The notes beneath the pieces are model-generated. The model saw nothing but the letters and a program-made list of their open reading frames with translations. It was not told the DNA's origin and ran no database searches. Made by a program: the position numbers and the translations under genes. Of a DNA stretch of 64,000 nucleotides, positions 40,702 to 49,799 are shown in pieces (the first letter of the stretch is position 1; the number at the start of each line of letters is the position of its first letter). This stretch comes from Paludibacter sp. GTDB lineage: Bacteria; Bacteroidota; Bacteroidia; Bacteroidales; Paludibacteraceae. The stretch lies in assembly GCA_031292575.1 (NCBI GenBank), contig JARLGX010000008.1:88028-152027 (forward strand). The letters run 5' to 3'.

Positions 40702-41721
40702 TCAATTATTAAACTTGTACTTATGACTTTCAAAACCTAAGATTTCGCGAAATATCTTATACCTGTTTGCTTGCAGAGTTTCAATATCTCCATCAATAAT
40801 AATATCAGCATTTATCCATTTTTCAGTCCATACCGCAGTATGTTCGTCAAATAATTTATTCCAGCCTTTTTGTCTGGCTACACGTGCCAACGTATAAGTT
40901 CGTTCTGTTAAGTCTTTTCCCGGATGATTCAACGAGTTTAAAATTGCTACATATTTATTCAAACATAACGTATCACCCGACTTTACATCTGTACCAACGC
41001 TAAACCCGGCAGTCTTCTCTTTTTCTATTTTTATAGGAATTAGGTTCAATTGTTCATTGTTTTTATACAAAACATAGGTCAATGCCGAACAAACATGAAA
41101 ATCAGTTAATCGGATTTGAGTCCACAAATGAGCTACATCTTGCTGCGTTGTTGTTTGTAAAACGTTCCAAATCGGTTCAATATTATTACCAGATACATTA
41201 CCAAAATCAGCATCTATAAGAGGCATAAAAGAAATACGGCCTTCAAAATTTAATGATTTTACGGAATAACTGATAGCTCCAACTTCGGTTTCGGCCATGC
41301 TTAAAAATCTTTTCACAGATACCTGAATGTGATGTCCCTTTGAGGAGATTGCCTCAAAAGTTCTTTCCAGACATCCATCATGCATATTCAGTATTCGTTT
41401 GAAATTCAGCACCTCCCATGTTATAAGATCTAGAACAGTATCATTCAATCTGACAATAATTCCTGTCCAGTTTGGAGCATTTATAATTTCCTTTTTTGAT
41501 TCAGAATTTTTACTTTTGGCTGTTTTATCAAAATTATAATTATTAATTCCATCAATATAAGATCCATGTTTGGTTTTTCCAGAAAAATATTCTTCAAAAT
41601 TTGCTCCTTGGGTGATAAGACCATTCCCCAAACAAAAATCATTTTCGGCTTTAAGCTGATTTTCAGCATTGAAATCTTCTTCAACTATGCACCACGGATC
41701 AATTAGTATATTTTTATTCAT
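40702..41721 (-). pseudogene. GH65 (maltose/kojibiose phosphorylase family) N-terminal fragment lacking the catalytic (alpha/alpha)6 domain
   Basis: 339-aa ORF matching the GH65 N-terminal beta-sandwich and linker (DPWCIVEEDF..., LGNGLITQGANFEEYFSG, NAPNWTGIIV). Family similarity ends near ...LQANRYKIF and the stop lies 63 bp before the next gene. Full-length GH65 enzymes are about 750-780 aa. Confidence 0.7.
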
Positions 41722-41784
41722 AATATTTTATTTTCGAAACAATCGTTGTTTGAGAGGTTTCATATTATATTTACTGATAATTTT

Positions 41785-43149
41785 TCAGAGCACTTTATGG
41801 GGAGTTTGTATTTTATCATCAACCCATAAAACACTAATCGCTGCAATTATCAAAAAACAACCTGACATAATTAATGCAAATATTGCTTGCGAACCATAGA
41901 ATCGTTTAACAATCATTCCTCCAAAAAGTCCGTTTATAATTTGAGGTACAGTAATGAAAATATTAAAAATTCCCATGTAAATTCCCATTTTACGAAGTGG
42001 AAGTGCCGGAGCTAAAATTGCATAAGGCATTGATAAAATACTACCCCAAGCCATTCCCACGCCAATCATTGAAAAAATTAAAGTAGTAGGATTTGTTATG
42101 AAATATATTGACAACAGTCCAATTGCTCCGGCAGTTAATGACAAACTGTGTGTCAGTTTTCGTCCAATTTTATGGGCAATAACCGGCAAAAGCAATGCAT
42201 AAATCATGGCAACACCATTATAAACACCAAAAATAATTCCCACCCAATTTCCTGCATCCTGATAAAGAGCTGATTTTGTATCGCCAGTAGATAAGCCATA
42301 AACATGTTGAGCTACAGCCGGAGTTGTAAAAACCCACATCCCAAACAAGGCAATCCACGAAAAGAATTGAACAGGAGCTAACTGTTTCATGGTTTTAGGC
42401 ATGGCTAAAATATCCCTGAAAATGTCGGAAAACTTACTTTTTTCTTCCTCAACTATTCCCTTGTTAACGTTAAAACGAGCCATTTCCTCCGGTGAGTATT
42501 CTTTGGTTGTAAAAACTGTCCAAAGAATAGTGATAATCATAACTGCCGCACCTATATAGAATGAAAAAACCACATTATCGGGAATTCCACCATTGGCAGC
42601 CACTTTTGAGATTCCGAGCCAATTACCCATTACATAAGGTAACCATGACCCAATCACAGCACCAATTCCAATTAAAAAGGTTTGAATGGAAAATCCAAGT
42701 GTACTTTGATCGACAGGAAGCATATCGGCTACTAATGCCCGAAATGGCTCCATGGCAACATTGAAAGAAGCATCCATAATCATCAGAAAACCGGCTCCGA
42801 TAAACATAGCAGGAAGAAAACTTGCAAATACTCCCGCATTTGGCATTAATATTAAAGCAATTGCCGCCAAAATAGCACCTACTAAAAAGAAAGGTCTGCG
42901 ACGACCTAACTTTGTCCAGGTATGATCGGAATAATGACCAATAATTGGCTGAATAATCATACCGGTAATAGGAGCTGCCAACCAAAACCAGGAAAGTTGC
43001 TCAATATCAGCTCCAAAAGTTTGGAGTATACGACTTGCATTGGCGTTTTGCAATGCATAACCGAATTGAATGCCCATAAAACCCATGCTTAAGCTGAGTA
43101 TTTGGAAAAAAGAAAATTGGGGTTTTGTGTTTCGTGTTTCGTGTTTCAT
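41785..43149 (-). CDS. MFS/GPH-type sugar (maltose/maltodextrin-like) transporter
   Basis: 454-aa ORF with 12 TM helices and the LGRRRPFFLVG motif typical of the sucrose/maltose GPH-SLC45 group. It sits in a starch locus. Confidence 0.85.
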   Translation of the reverse strand: MKHETRNTKPQFSFFQILSLSMGFMGIQFGYALQNANASRILQTFGADIEQLSWFWLAAPITGMIIQPIIGHYSDHTWTKLGRRRPFFLVGAILAAIALILMPNAGVFASFLPAMFIGAGFLMIMDASFNVAMEPFRALVADMLPVDQSTLGFSIQTFLIGIGAVIGSWLPYVMGNWLGISKVAANGGIPDNVVFSFYIGAAVMIITILWTVFTTKEYSPEEMARFNVNKGIVEEEKSKFSDIFRDILAMPKTMKQLAPVQFFSWIALFGMWVFTTPAVAQHVYGLSTGDTKSALYQDAGNWVGIIFGVYNGVAMIYALLLPVIAHKIGRKLTHSLSLTAGAIGLLSIYFITNPTTLIFSMIGVGMAWGSILSMPYAILAPALPLRKMGIYMGIFNIFITVPQIINGLFGGMIVKRFYGSQAIFALIMSGCFLIIAAISVLWVDDKIQTPHKVL

Positions 43150-43156
43150 ATTTTGT
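43122..43156. repeat. Tandem heptad array GTTTTGT GTTTCGT GTTTCGT GTTTCAT ATTTTGT
   Basis: Read directly from the sequence. It overlaps the first 9 codons of the MFS gene and is the inverted partner of the array at 43622..43656. Confidence 0.8.
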
Positions 43157-43173
43157 GTTTTTGCTTTTTGCTT

Positions 43174-43584
43174 TTATTCGACTTTATCATTGTCTTTTTT
43201 AAATTTTACTCCTTTGAATTCGGAGTTTCTGAGATAACTAATAAACTTACCTAATCTTTCTAATAATGAAACTGTTTCTTTTATCAAAAAATCAAATTCT
43301 TCCTGATTTATATAGCCATAATCAAAAGCTCTATAACTTTGAGAACGAACTTCTCCAATTGATCCTTTTGAAATAGTCAGAAAATTTATAAACTCTTTAT
43401 TTCCATCCCGTTCAAAACCTTCAGCAATATTATCCATAACCGAACCACTTGATCTTTTGATTTGATCTTTAAGTGAAAAGTCTTTTGAAAATCGGTCTTT
43501 ATTAGTCAATGAAAAAATATATTTACAAATTTCTCGAGATTTTTGCCAAACTTCTAAATCTTCAAATCGTTTTATTGTTGCCAT
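43174..43584 (-). CDS. Four-helix-bundle protein (23S rRNA intervening-sequence protein family, TIGR02436-like)
   Basis: Motifs are [46 protein letters not shown]. The start is set at ATG 43584 because the ORF-track start at 43590 is a TTG. Confidence 0.85.
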   Translation of the reverse strand: MATIKRFEDLEVWQKSREICKYIFSLTNKDRFSKDFSLKDQIKRSSGSVMDNIAEGFERDGNKEFINFLTISKGSIGEVRSQSYRAFDYGYINQEEFDFLIKETVSLLERLGKFISYLRNSEFKGVKFKKDNDKVE

Positions 43585-43621
43585 AATCAAAAAGTTTTTG
43601 AATAGAAAATATACAATTCAG

Positions 43622-43656
43622 ACAAAACCTTGAACCCGAAACATGAAACATGAAAC
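43622..43656. repeat. Tandem heptad array ACAAAAC CTTGAAC CCGAAAC ATGAAAC ATGAAAC (reverse complement of the GTTTCRT family)
   Basis: Read directly from the sequence. It is in inverted orientation relative to 43122..43156. Confidence 0.8.
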
Positions 43657-43666
43657 CCAAATATAT

Positions 43667-44677
43667 TTATTTTGTGGTTCCTCTTATAATTAAATTTGTT
43701 CTTACTATTTTATTTGTATACTGACCATGGGTTTTGCCATTAATTTTGTCGAGAAGCAGTTTTGCAGCATTTTTACCCATTTCATAACCATGTTGTTCCA
43801 CGGTGCTTAGCATGGGGTCACAGGCTTTTGCTAATTCCCCATCAGAAAACCCAAAAATAGAAACATCTTCAGGAATTCGGAGTTTTGCTAATTTCACAGC
43901 ATACATTATTCCTGAAGCGCAATGGTCATTTATAGCAAAGAAGCCATCAGGGCGATTAGGACTATCTAAAATTTGCGGAGTAATAATAATTGCTTCTTCC
44001 CGCGTGTCACAAACCCGAATCAAAGATTCATCAACTGGAATACTATATTTTCGAAGTGCATCAAGATAACCATTCTTACGATTTTTAGAAATCTCCAGAT
44101 GTAAAGGGGAGCTGTAAAATGCGATACGTTTGCATCCCGTTTGTATCAAATACTCCACCGCCGCAAACGCACCTGAATAATCATCAACCACTACACGGTC
44201 GGTATTAATACCTATACAAATTCTATCAAAGAAAACTAATGGAATATCGCTGTCAATAATATCCTGGAAATGGTCGTAATTAATGGTGTGTTTCGATAAG
44301 CATGCTAAAACTCCGGAAACCCTCGTAGCAATTAAGGCTTGTGTATTTTTGACCTCCCTTTCGTAATTTTCATTCGACTGACAAATAATTACATTAAACC
44401 CCTCCTCGTTTGCAATTTGCTCGATACCAGAAAGTATTGATGAGAAAAAATAATGAATTATTTCGGGAACAATAACTCCAATTGTATTGTTTTTACTCAT
44501 ACGTAAGCTCAATGCCAACGTATTAGGCTTATAATTAAATTCTTTGGCATATTTATTTACGGCATCTTTCGTAACCTGACTTATATCCGGATGGTTTTTT
44601 AGTGCACGCGAAACTGTTGAAGGAGAAATATTGAGTGCCCGACCTATATCTTTGATCGTGATTTGTGTTTTTCCCAT
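43667..44677 (-). CDS. LacI family transcriptional regulator (maltose/starch locus regulator)
   Basis: 336-aa ORF with the N-terminal HTH ITIKDIGRALNISPSTVSRALKNHP and a periplasmic-binding-protein-like sugar-binding core. Confidence 0.92.
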   Translation of the reverse strand: MGKTQITIKDIGRALNISPSTVSRALKNHPDISQVTKDAVNKYAKEFNYKPNTLALSLRMSKNNTIGVIVPEIIHYFFSSILSGIEQIANEEGFNVIICQSNENYEREVKNTQALIATRVSGVLACLSKHTINYDHFQDIIDSDIPLVFFDRICIGINTDRVVVDDYSGAFAAVEYLIQTGCKRIAFYSSPLHLEISKNRKNGYLDALRKYSIPVDESLIRVCDTREEAIIITPQILDSPNRPDGFFAINDHCASGIMYAVKLAKLRIPEDVSIFGFSDGELAKACDPMLSTVEQHGYEMGKNAAKLLLDKINGKTHGQYTNKIVRTNLIIRGTTK

Positions 44678-44806
44678 GCTTTTAAATTATCGGTTACAAA
44701 AAGCTTATAATAGAAAATTTGTATCAATCAGAAATTCAACTTTCTAATACATAATTTCAAGACCTTGAAACTTACACAGTATTCTTTCAAGATAAGATAT
44801 GTATTA

Positions 44807-44814
44807 CAAAAGTA
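44807..44814 (-). promoter_or_regulatory. Candidate -7 promoter box for the lacI-led operon
   Basis: Reads TACTTTTG on the minus strand, 130 bp upstream of the lacI ATG. Confidence 0.35.
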
Positions 44815-44867
44815 GAATAGATTATCCGAATAAAAAATTATTTGCAGAAAATTTCAAAATATACAGC

Positions 44868-44879
44868 GCAAACGTTTGC
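44868..44879. promoter_or_regulatory. Predicted LacI-family operator, perfect 12-bp palindrome GCAAACGTTTGC
   Basis: The extended 14-mer cGCAAACGTTTGCa fits the generic LacI-family pattern TGnAAnCGnTTnCA at 9 of 10 specified positions. It is the only such site in the divergent lacI/susC intergenic region. Confidence 0.55.
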
Positions 44880-44935
44880 ACCTAAATTTTGAATTATATT
44901 CGTAAAACAAAGATTGTAAATAAATACTTATACTC

Positions 44936-44943
44936 TATTTTTG
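44936..44943 (+). promoter_or_regulatory. Candidate -7 promoter box for the susC operon
   Basis: TATTTTTG lies 141 bp upstream of the susC ATG. Confidence 0.35.
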
Positions 44944-45083
44944 CCCACATAAAATTGATAAACAAATTTTGGATTAAATTCAATGAACATATCGTTATAG
45001 TCATTGTTTTAAAAACAATAATACGTTTTTCATTTTTTGTAAATAAATAATTACAAGTTTCCAACCTTAAAAAAACTTAATGC

Positions 45084-48077
45084 ATGAAGTACAATCACTT
45101 TAAGCACAAATTGCTTGCATTTGTAGCCGTTTTAGCGATGTTTGTTCTTGGCATGACTGCCAATGCACAACAGATATCAGTTTCCGGGGTAGTGAAAGAT
45201 GCTAAAACCGGGGAAGCTATTCTCGGGGCAAGTATTCTTGAAAAAGGCACCAATAACGGTGTAATTACGAACAATGACGGGGCATTCACAATTTCGGCTG
45301 CCTCTAAAGCCACTTTAGTAGTCAAATATTTAGGCTACGTATCCGTAGAAGTTCCTGTTTCGGGAAAAACCAATCTTGTTATTCAATTAAACGAAGATGC
45401 TATCGCCTTGGGCGAAGTTGTTGCAATTGGTTATGGTAGCGTTAAGAAAAACGATGCTACTGGTGCTGTTGTAGCAATTAGTGCCGACAAGACTAACAAA
45501 GGCTTGACAACGTCATTAACAGACATGTTGGCAGGGAAATTAGCCGGTGTAACTATTACAACTTCAGGTGGTGCACCGGGTGCCGGTGCCACTGTTCTTA
45601 TTCGTGGTGGTTCTTCTATTTACGCAAGTAATGATCCCCTTTACGTTATTGATGGAATTCCAATTGATGGGTCAACTACTAATGGATTACAAAGTGGACT
45701 TTCTGAAATCAATCCACAAGATATCGAAACATTCACCGTATTAAAAGATGCTTCGGCAACAGCCATTTACGGCTCCAGAGCTACTGGCGGTGTTATCCTT
45801 ATTACCACTAAAAAAGGTTCTCTGAAAGATAAATTTTCCGTTACTTACGATGGAAATGCATCCGTAAGTAGTATCCAAAATCAAGTTAGCGTTTTATCAG
45901 CAAGTCAATATACCAACTTTATAAAATCGTACTGGGGTGCAACTTCTCCAGAAGCTAACTTGTTAGGAACATCCAATACAAACTGGCAAAATCAGATTTT
46001 TCAAACAGCAACCAGTCAGGATCACAATGTAAGTGTATCAGGTTATACAGGGAAATTACCATATCGGGTTTCAGTTGGTTACACCGACCAGAATGGAGTT
46101 TTGAAAACTTCCAATTTCCAACGTCTAACCGGAACTGTAAATTTAAATCCTACATTTTTAGACGACCATTTAAAAGTTAATGTGAATTTAAAAGGTGCAT
46201 ATTCTACCAATCGTTTTGCGGATACTGGTGCTATTGGTGCCGCATTAAATTACGATCCAACACAATCTGTATATAATTTAGATGCCAATGGAATACCTAA
46301 AAGCTCTTATGGTAATGGATATACAATGTGGTTAGGAAGTGATGGCAAACCGCTTTCGTTAGGTACAGCAAATCCGCTTTCAGTATTAACCGAAGAAAAT
46401 AACACTTCTAAAGTTTATCAAAGCATTGGAAATGTTCAATTTGATTATACGGTTCATGGGTTACCTGAATTAAAAGCACATTTGAACTTGGCTTATGACC
46501 TCTCAAGATCCAATGGTGATAAAATTATTGCTGCTAACTCACCTATGTCCTATGTTTGGGGTTCAAAAAAGAATGGTGCAGGTGAAGAAGACCCTTATTA
46601 TCAATACAAGAGCAATACCTTGATGGAATTCTACTTGAATTATACAAAAACATGGGGAGTTCATTCGTTGGATGTAATGGGTGGCTATTCTGATCAACAT
46701 TTTTATTATACCAGTTGGAGTGCAACCAATTACACTGACGGAATTGCAAATGTTCCAAGAGTGGATTATCCTGCTGCATATAACTTAATTTCATTCTATG
46801 GTCGTTTGAACTATACATTAATGGATAAATACTTACTAACAGTTACGCTGCGTAATGATGGCTCTTCTCGCTTTGCCCCAGGTAATCAATGGGGTCTATT
46901 CCCATCGGCAGCATTGGCATGGAAATTGAAAGAAGAATCATTCCTGAAAGATGTAAGCTGGTTAAGTGACTTAAAACTTCGAGCTAGTTATGGTGTTACA
47001 GGACAACAAAATGTAGGTAATAATTATTATTCATATCTTCCAACTTATACCATAAGCACGTATAACGATGCCCAATACCAATTTGGAAATAGTTTTTACC
47101 ATTTACTTCGTCCGGCAGGTTTTAATGCAAATTTAAAATGGGAAACTACCGACACTTATAATGTTGGATTAGACTTCGGGGCATTTAATAATCGATTAAC
47201 TGCAAGCGTAGAAGTTTATAAACGCATTACAAATAATTTACTTAACATTATTCCTGTTCCTGCAGGTTCAAACTTTATTAATAATTTATTAACCAATATT
47301 GGAAGCCTTGAAAACAAAGGAGCTGAATTAACTATTGGAGGAAGACCAATACAAACAAAAGATTTCAATTGGGATTTGAGCTATAATATGAGTTATAATC
47401 ACAATCAGATTACCAAGTTAACACGTGGCACAATTGCAAATTATGGTATAATACCAACTACTTCAGGAATCAGTGGAGCAACAGGCAGCACAATTGGTTG
47501 GGATCAAGTGGGATCTCCTGTAAATTCATTCCATGTTTACAAACAAGTATATGATGTTAATGGTAAACCAATTGAAGGAGCCTATGCTACTATTCCTGGA
47601 ACCACTAACAATTTGTATGTTGATCACAGTGCTGCTCCAGATTTTACATTGGGATTGAGCTCAAGAATGACTTATAAAAAATGGTTCCTGAATTTCTCAA
47701 TGCATTCAGAAATAGGAAACTATAATTATAACAATGTGCAGTCGAATAATCAATTACTAAATAACTCTTATTCTTCTTCAGGATTCTTGATGAACATAGT
47801 ATCTTCTGCCTTAGTAACTAATTTTGCTAATGCACAATATTTTTCTGATTATTATGTACAAAATGCATCTTTCCTGAAAATGGATAATATCTCATTAGGA
47901 TATAACTTCACTAAATTGTTTAATACAAAATTAGCTGCAAGCTTATATGGTACAGTACAAAATGTGTTTACTATTACCAACTATAAAGGATTGGATCCTG
48001 AAGTAGCCGGAGGTATTGACAACAATATATATCCACGTCCGCAAGTGTATTTAGTAGGCTTAAAACTTAACTTTTAA
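45084..48077 (+). CDS. susC: SusC/RagA family TonB-linked outer membrane protein
   Basis: 997-aa ORF with a signal peptide, a carboxypeptidase-regulatory-like domain (VSGVVKDAKTGEAILGASI) and a plug (ATAIYGSRATGGVILITTKKG). It ends ...VGLKLNF and is followed 13 bp later by susD. Confidence 0.95.
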   Translation: MKYNHFKHKLLAFVAVLAMFVLGMTANAQQISVSGVVKDAKTGEAILGASILEKGTNNGVITNNDGAFTISAASKATLVVKYLGYVSVEVPVSGKTNLVIQLNEDAIALGEVVAIGYGSVKKNDATGAVVAISADKTNKGLTTSLTDMLAGKLAGVTITTSGGAPGAGATVLIRGGSSIYASNDPLYVIDGIPIDGSTTNGLQSGLSEINPQDIETFTVLKDASATAIYGSRATGGVILITTKKGSLKDKFSVTYDGNASVSSIQNQVSVLSASQYTNFIKSYWGATSPEANLLGTSNTNWQNQIFQTATSQDHNVSVSGYTGKLPYRVSVGYTDQNGVLKTSNFQRLTGTVNLNPTFLDDHLKVNVNLKGAYSTNRFADTGAIGAALNYDPTQSVYNLDANGIPKSSYGNGYTMWLGSDGKPLSLGTANPLSVLTEENNTSKVYQSIGNVQFDYTVHGLPELKAHLNLAYDLSRSNGDKIIAANSPMSYVWGSKKNGAGEEDPYYQYKSNTLMEFYLNYTKTWGVHSLDVMGGYSDQHFYYTSWSATNYTDGIANVPRVDYPAAYNLISFYGRLNYTLMDKYLLTVTLRNDGSSRFAPGNQWGLFPSAALAWKLKEESFLKDVSWLSDLKLRASYGVTGQQNVGNNYYSYLPTYTISTYNDAQYQFGNSFYHLLRPAGFNANLKWETTDTYNVGLDFGAFNNRLTASVEVYKRITNNLLNIIPVPAGSNFINNLLTNIGSLENKGAELTIGGRPIQTKDFNWDLSYNMSYNHNQITKLTRGTIANYGIIPTTSGISGATGSTIGWDQVGSPVNSFHVYKQVYDVNGKPIEGAYATIPGTTNNLYVDHSAAPDFTLGLSSRMTYKKWFLNFSMHSEIGNYNYNNVQSNNQLLNNSYSSSGFLMNIVSSALVTNFANAQYFSDYYVQNASFLKMDNISLGYNFTKLFNTKLAASLYGTVQNVFTITNYKGLDPEVAGGIDNNIYPRPQVYLVGLKLNF

Positions 48078-48090
48078 ACAGTAAAAAACA

Positions 48091-49734
48091 ATGAAAAAAT
48101 ATAGATTAATAACAATTTTAGCAGTGGTTGCAGTGGCAACATTTACTTTCAATTCATGTACAAATGATTTGAATGTAACTCCGCTCGATAAATCTGTAAC
48201 TACTTCGAATGTGACTTTTACGAAATCTTCCGGTCCTTATGTGGAATTCCTTGCAAAATTATATGCAGGGTTAGCCACAGGCGGTATTCAGGGAGGTGAT
48301 GCCCAAGTAGATATAACTGGTTACGATGGTGGAAGCCAGGCTGGTTATTTACGTCCCTTGTGGAATCTTCAGGAACTTCCTACTGACGAAGCTATGTGTT
48401 GTTGGAATGACCAAACAATTCAAAACTTTCATCTATTTACATGGACAGCTTCAGATATTTTTCTGGAAGCATTTTATGAAAGATTGTACTATCAAATCAG
48501 TGTTTCTACAGCATTTTTGCAACAAACTACTGCAGCTCAATTAACTTCCCGTGGTGTTTCTAAAACGTTAAGTGATTCTATTACCCAGTTTAGAGCAGAA
48601 GCAAGGTTTATTCGCGCTTTAGCTTATTTCAATGTATTGGATATGTACAGAAACGGTCCATTGGTAAATGATGACAGCCCGCTTGGAACTGCAACACCAC
48701 CACCTTACGGAACATCTCAACAAATTTTTAGTTTTATTGAAAGCGAATTAACTGCTTGTCAAACTGATTTGATAGCTCCATCTGTTGGGTTCAGTGCTAC
48801 TGCATACGGACATGCAAGTAAAGCTGCTGCCTGGGCATTGTTATCGCGCTTGTACCTGAACGCAAACACCTATCTGGGAACTTCTGATCCTACTTATTAT
48901 ACAAAATGCATTACAAATTGTAATAATATAATCAGCGCCGGCTATCAGCTCGAACCGGTTTACCAAAATATGTTTGTATCAGATAATTACAAATCAAAAG
49001 AAATGATTTTCCCGATTGTTTTTGATGGAACACAGTTAACTTCGTGGGGTGGTATGATGTTCTTGATGTCATCCATGGTAAACAGTGATAATCAGGCATT
49101 AATAGCTTCTCCGGGTGCATGGGGTGGAAACAGGGCAACTCAGGAATTTGTAGCTCGTTTTAATCCGCCAACAGGTGCAGGCTACTCAATTACTGACGAT
49201 TCAAGATATACCATGCTATATACAGGCTTTGCACATCCAAGTATTGATGATAATTCGCAATACAAACAAGGAACTCCATTGTTGAAATACAGCGAAAAAA
49301 ACAGTGCAGGTGTTGCACCAAATCCTGCCCCATCTTTTCCTGACACTGATTTTCCGCTTTTCCGTTTAGGCGAAATTTATTTGAATTATGCCGAAGCAGT
49401 ATTACGTGGTGGAACTGGTGGAACAACAACACAAGCACTTGCTTATGTGAATGCTTTGAGAGACCGTGCATTTCCACTTGGCAACGGTGAAATTACCTCT
49501 ACACAATTAACCTTACCATTTATGCTGGAAGAAAGAGCTCGTGAAATGTTCTCGGAAGCTATCCGTCGTACTGATTTGGTTCGTTTCGGAAAACTCACTG
49601 ACGCAAATTACTTATGGCAATGGAAAGCTGGCGTGAAAGCCGGTCAGGGAGCTCCTGTATTCCGCAATTACTACCCACTTCCAAATGCGGATTTGAATGC
49701 TAACCCTAATTTGAAACAAAACACAGGATATTAA
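48091..49734 (+). CDS. susD: SusD/RagB family nutrient-binding outer membrane lipoprotein
   Basis: 547-aa ORF with a lipobox (FNSC), SusD-like helical TPR-type core motifs (FIRALAYFNVLDMY, RLGEIYLNYAEA) and a position directly after susC. Confidence 0.93.
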   Translation: MKKYRLITILAVVAVATFTFNSCTNDLNVTPLDKSVTTSNVTFTKSSGPYVEFLAKLYAGLATGGIQGGDAQVDITGYDGGSQAGYLRPLWNLQELPTDEAMCCWNDQTIQNFHLFTWTASDIFLEAFYERLYYQISVSTAFLQQTTAAQLTSRGVSKTLSDSITQFRAEARFIRALAYFNVLDMYRNGPLVNDDSPLGTATPPPYGTSQQIFSFIESELTACQTDLIAPSVGFSATAYGHASKAAAWALLSRLYLNANTYLGTSDPTYYTKCITNCNNIISAGYQLEPVYQNMFVSDNYKSKEMIFPIVFDGTQLTSWGGMMFLMSSMVNSDNQALIASPGAWGGNRATQEFVARFNPPTGAGYSITDDSRYTMLYTGFAHPSIDDNSQYKQGTPLLKYSEKNSAGVAPNPAPSFPDTDFPLFRLGEIYLNYAEAVLRGGTGGTTTQALAYVNALRDRAFPLGNGEITSTQLTLPFMLEERAREMFSEAIRRTDLVRFGKLTDANYLWQWKAGVKAGQGAPVFRNYYPLPNADLNANPNLKQNTGY

Positions 49735-49743
49735 TAAAAAACT

Positions 49744-49775
49744 GTTTGAATGGTTAGGAATCTAACCATTCAAAC
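49744..49775 (+). terminator. Intercistronic hairpin between susD and the susE-like gene (possible partial terminator or RNA processing/stability element)
   Basis: 14-bp perfect stem GTTTGAATGGTTAG/CTAACCATTCAAAC with a 4-nt loop and no T-run. Confidence 0.45.
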
Positions 49776-49799
49776 AAATAATAAATTAAAAATAATCAT

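Noticed and set aside
45003-45019. 17-bp palindrome ATTGTTTTAAAAACAAT upstream of susC as a regulatory operator
   Set aside because: It is composed almost entirely of A/T in an AT-rich intergenic region, so a chance palindrome is likely. I mention it only as a possible auxiliary site under the LacI operator finding.
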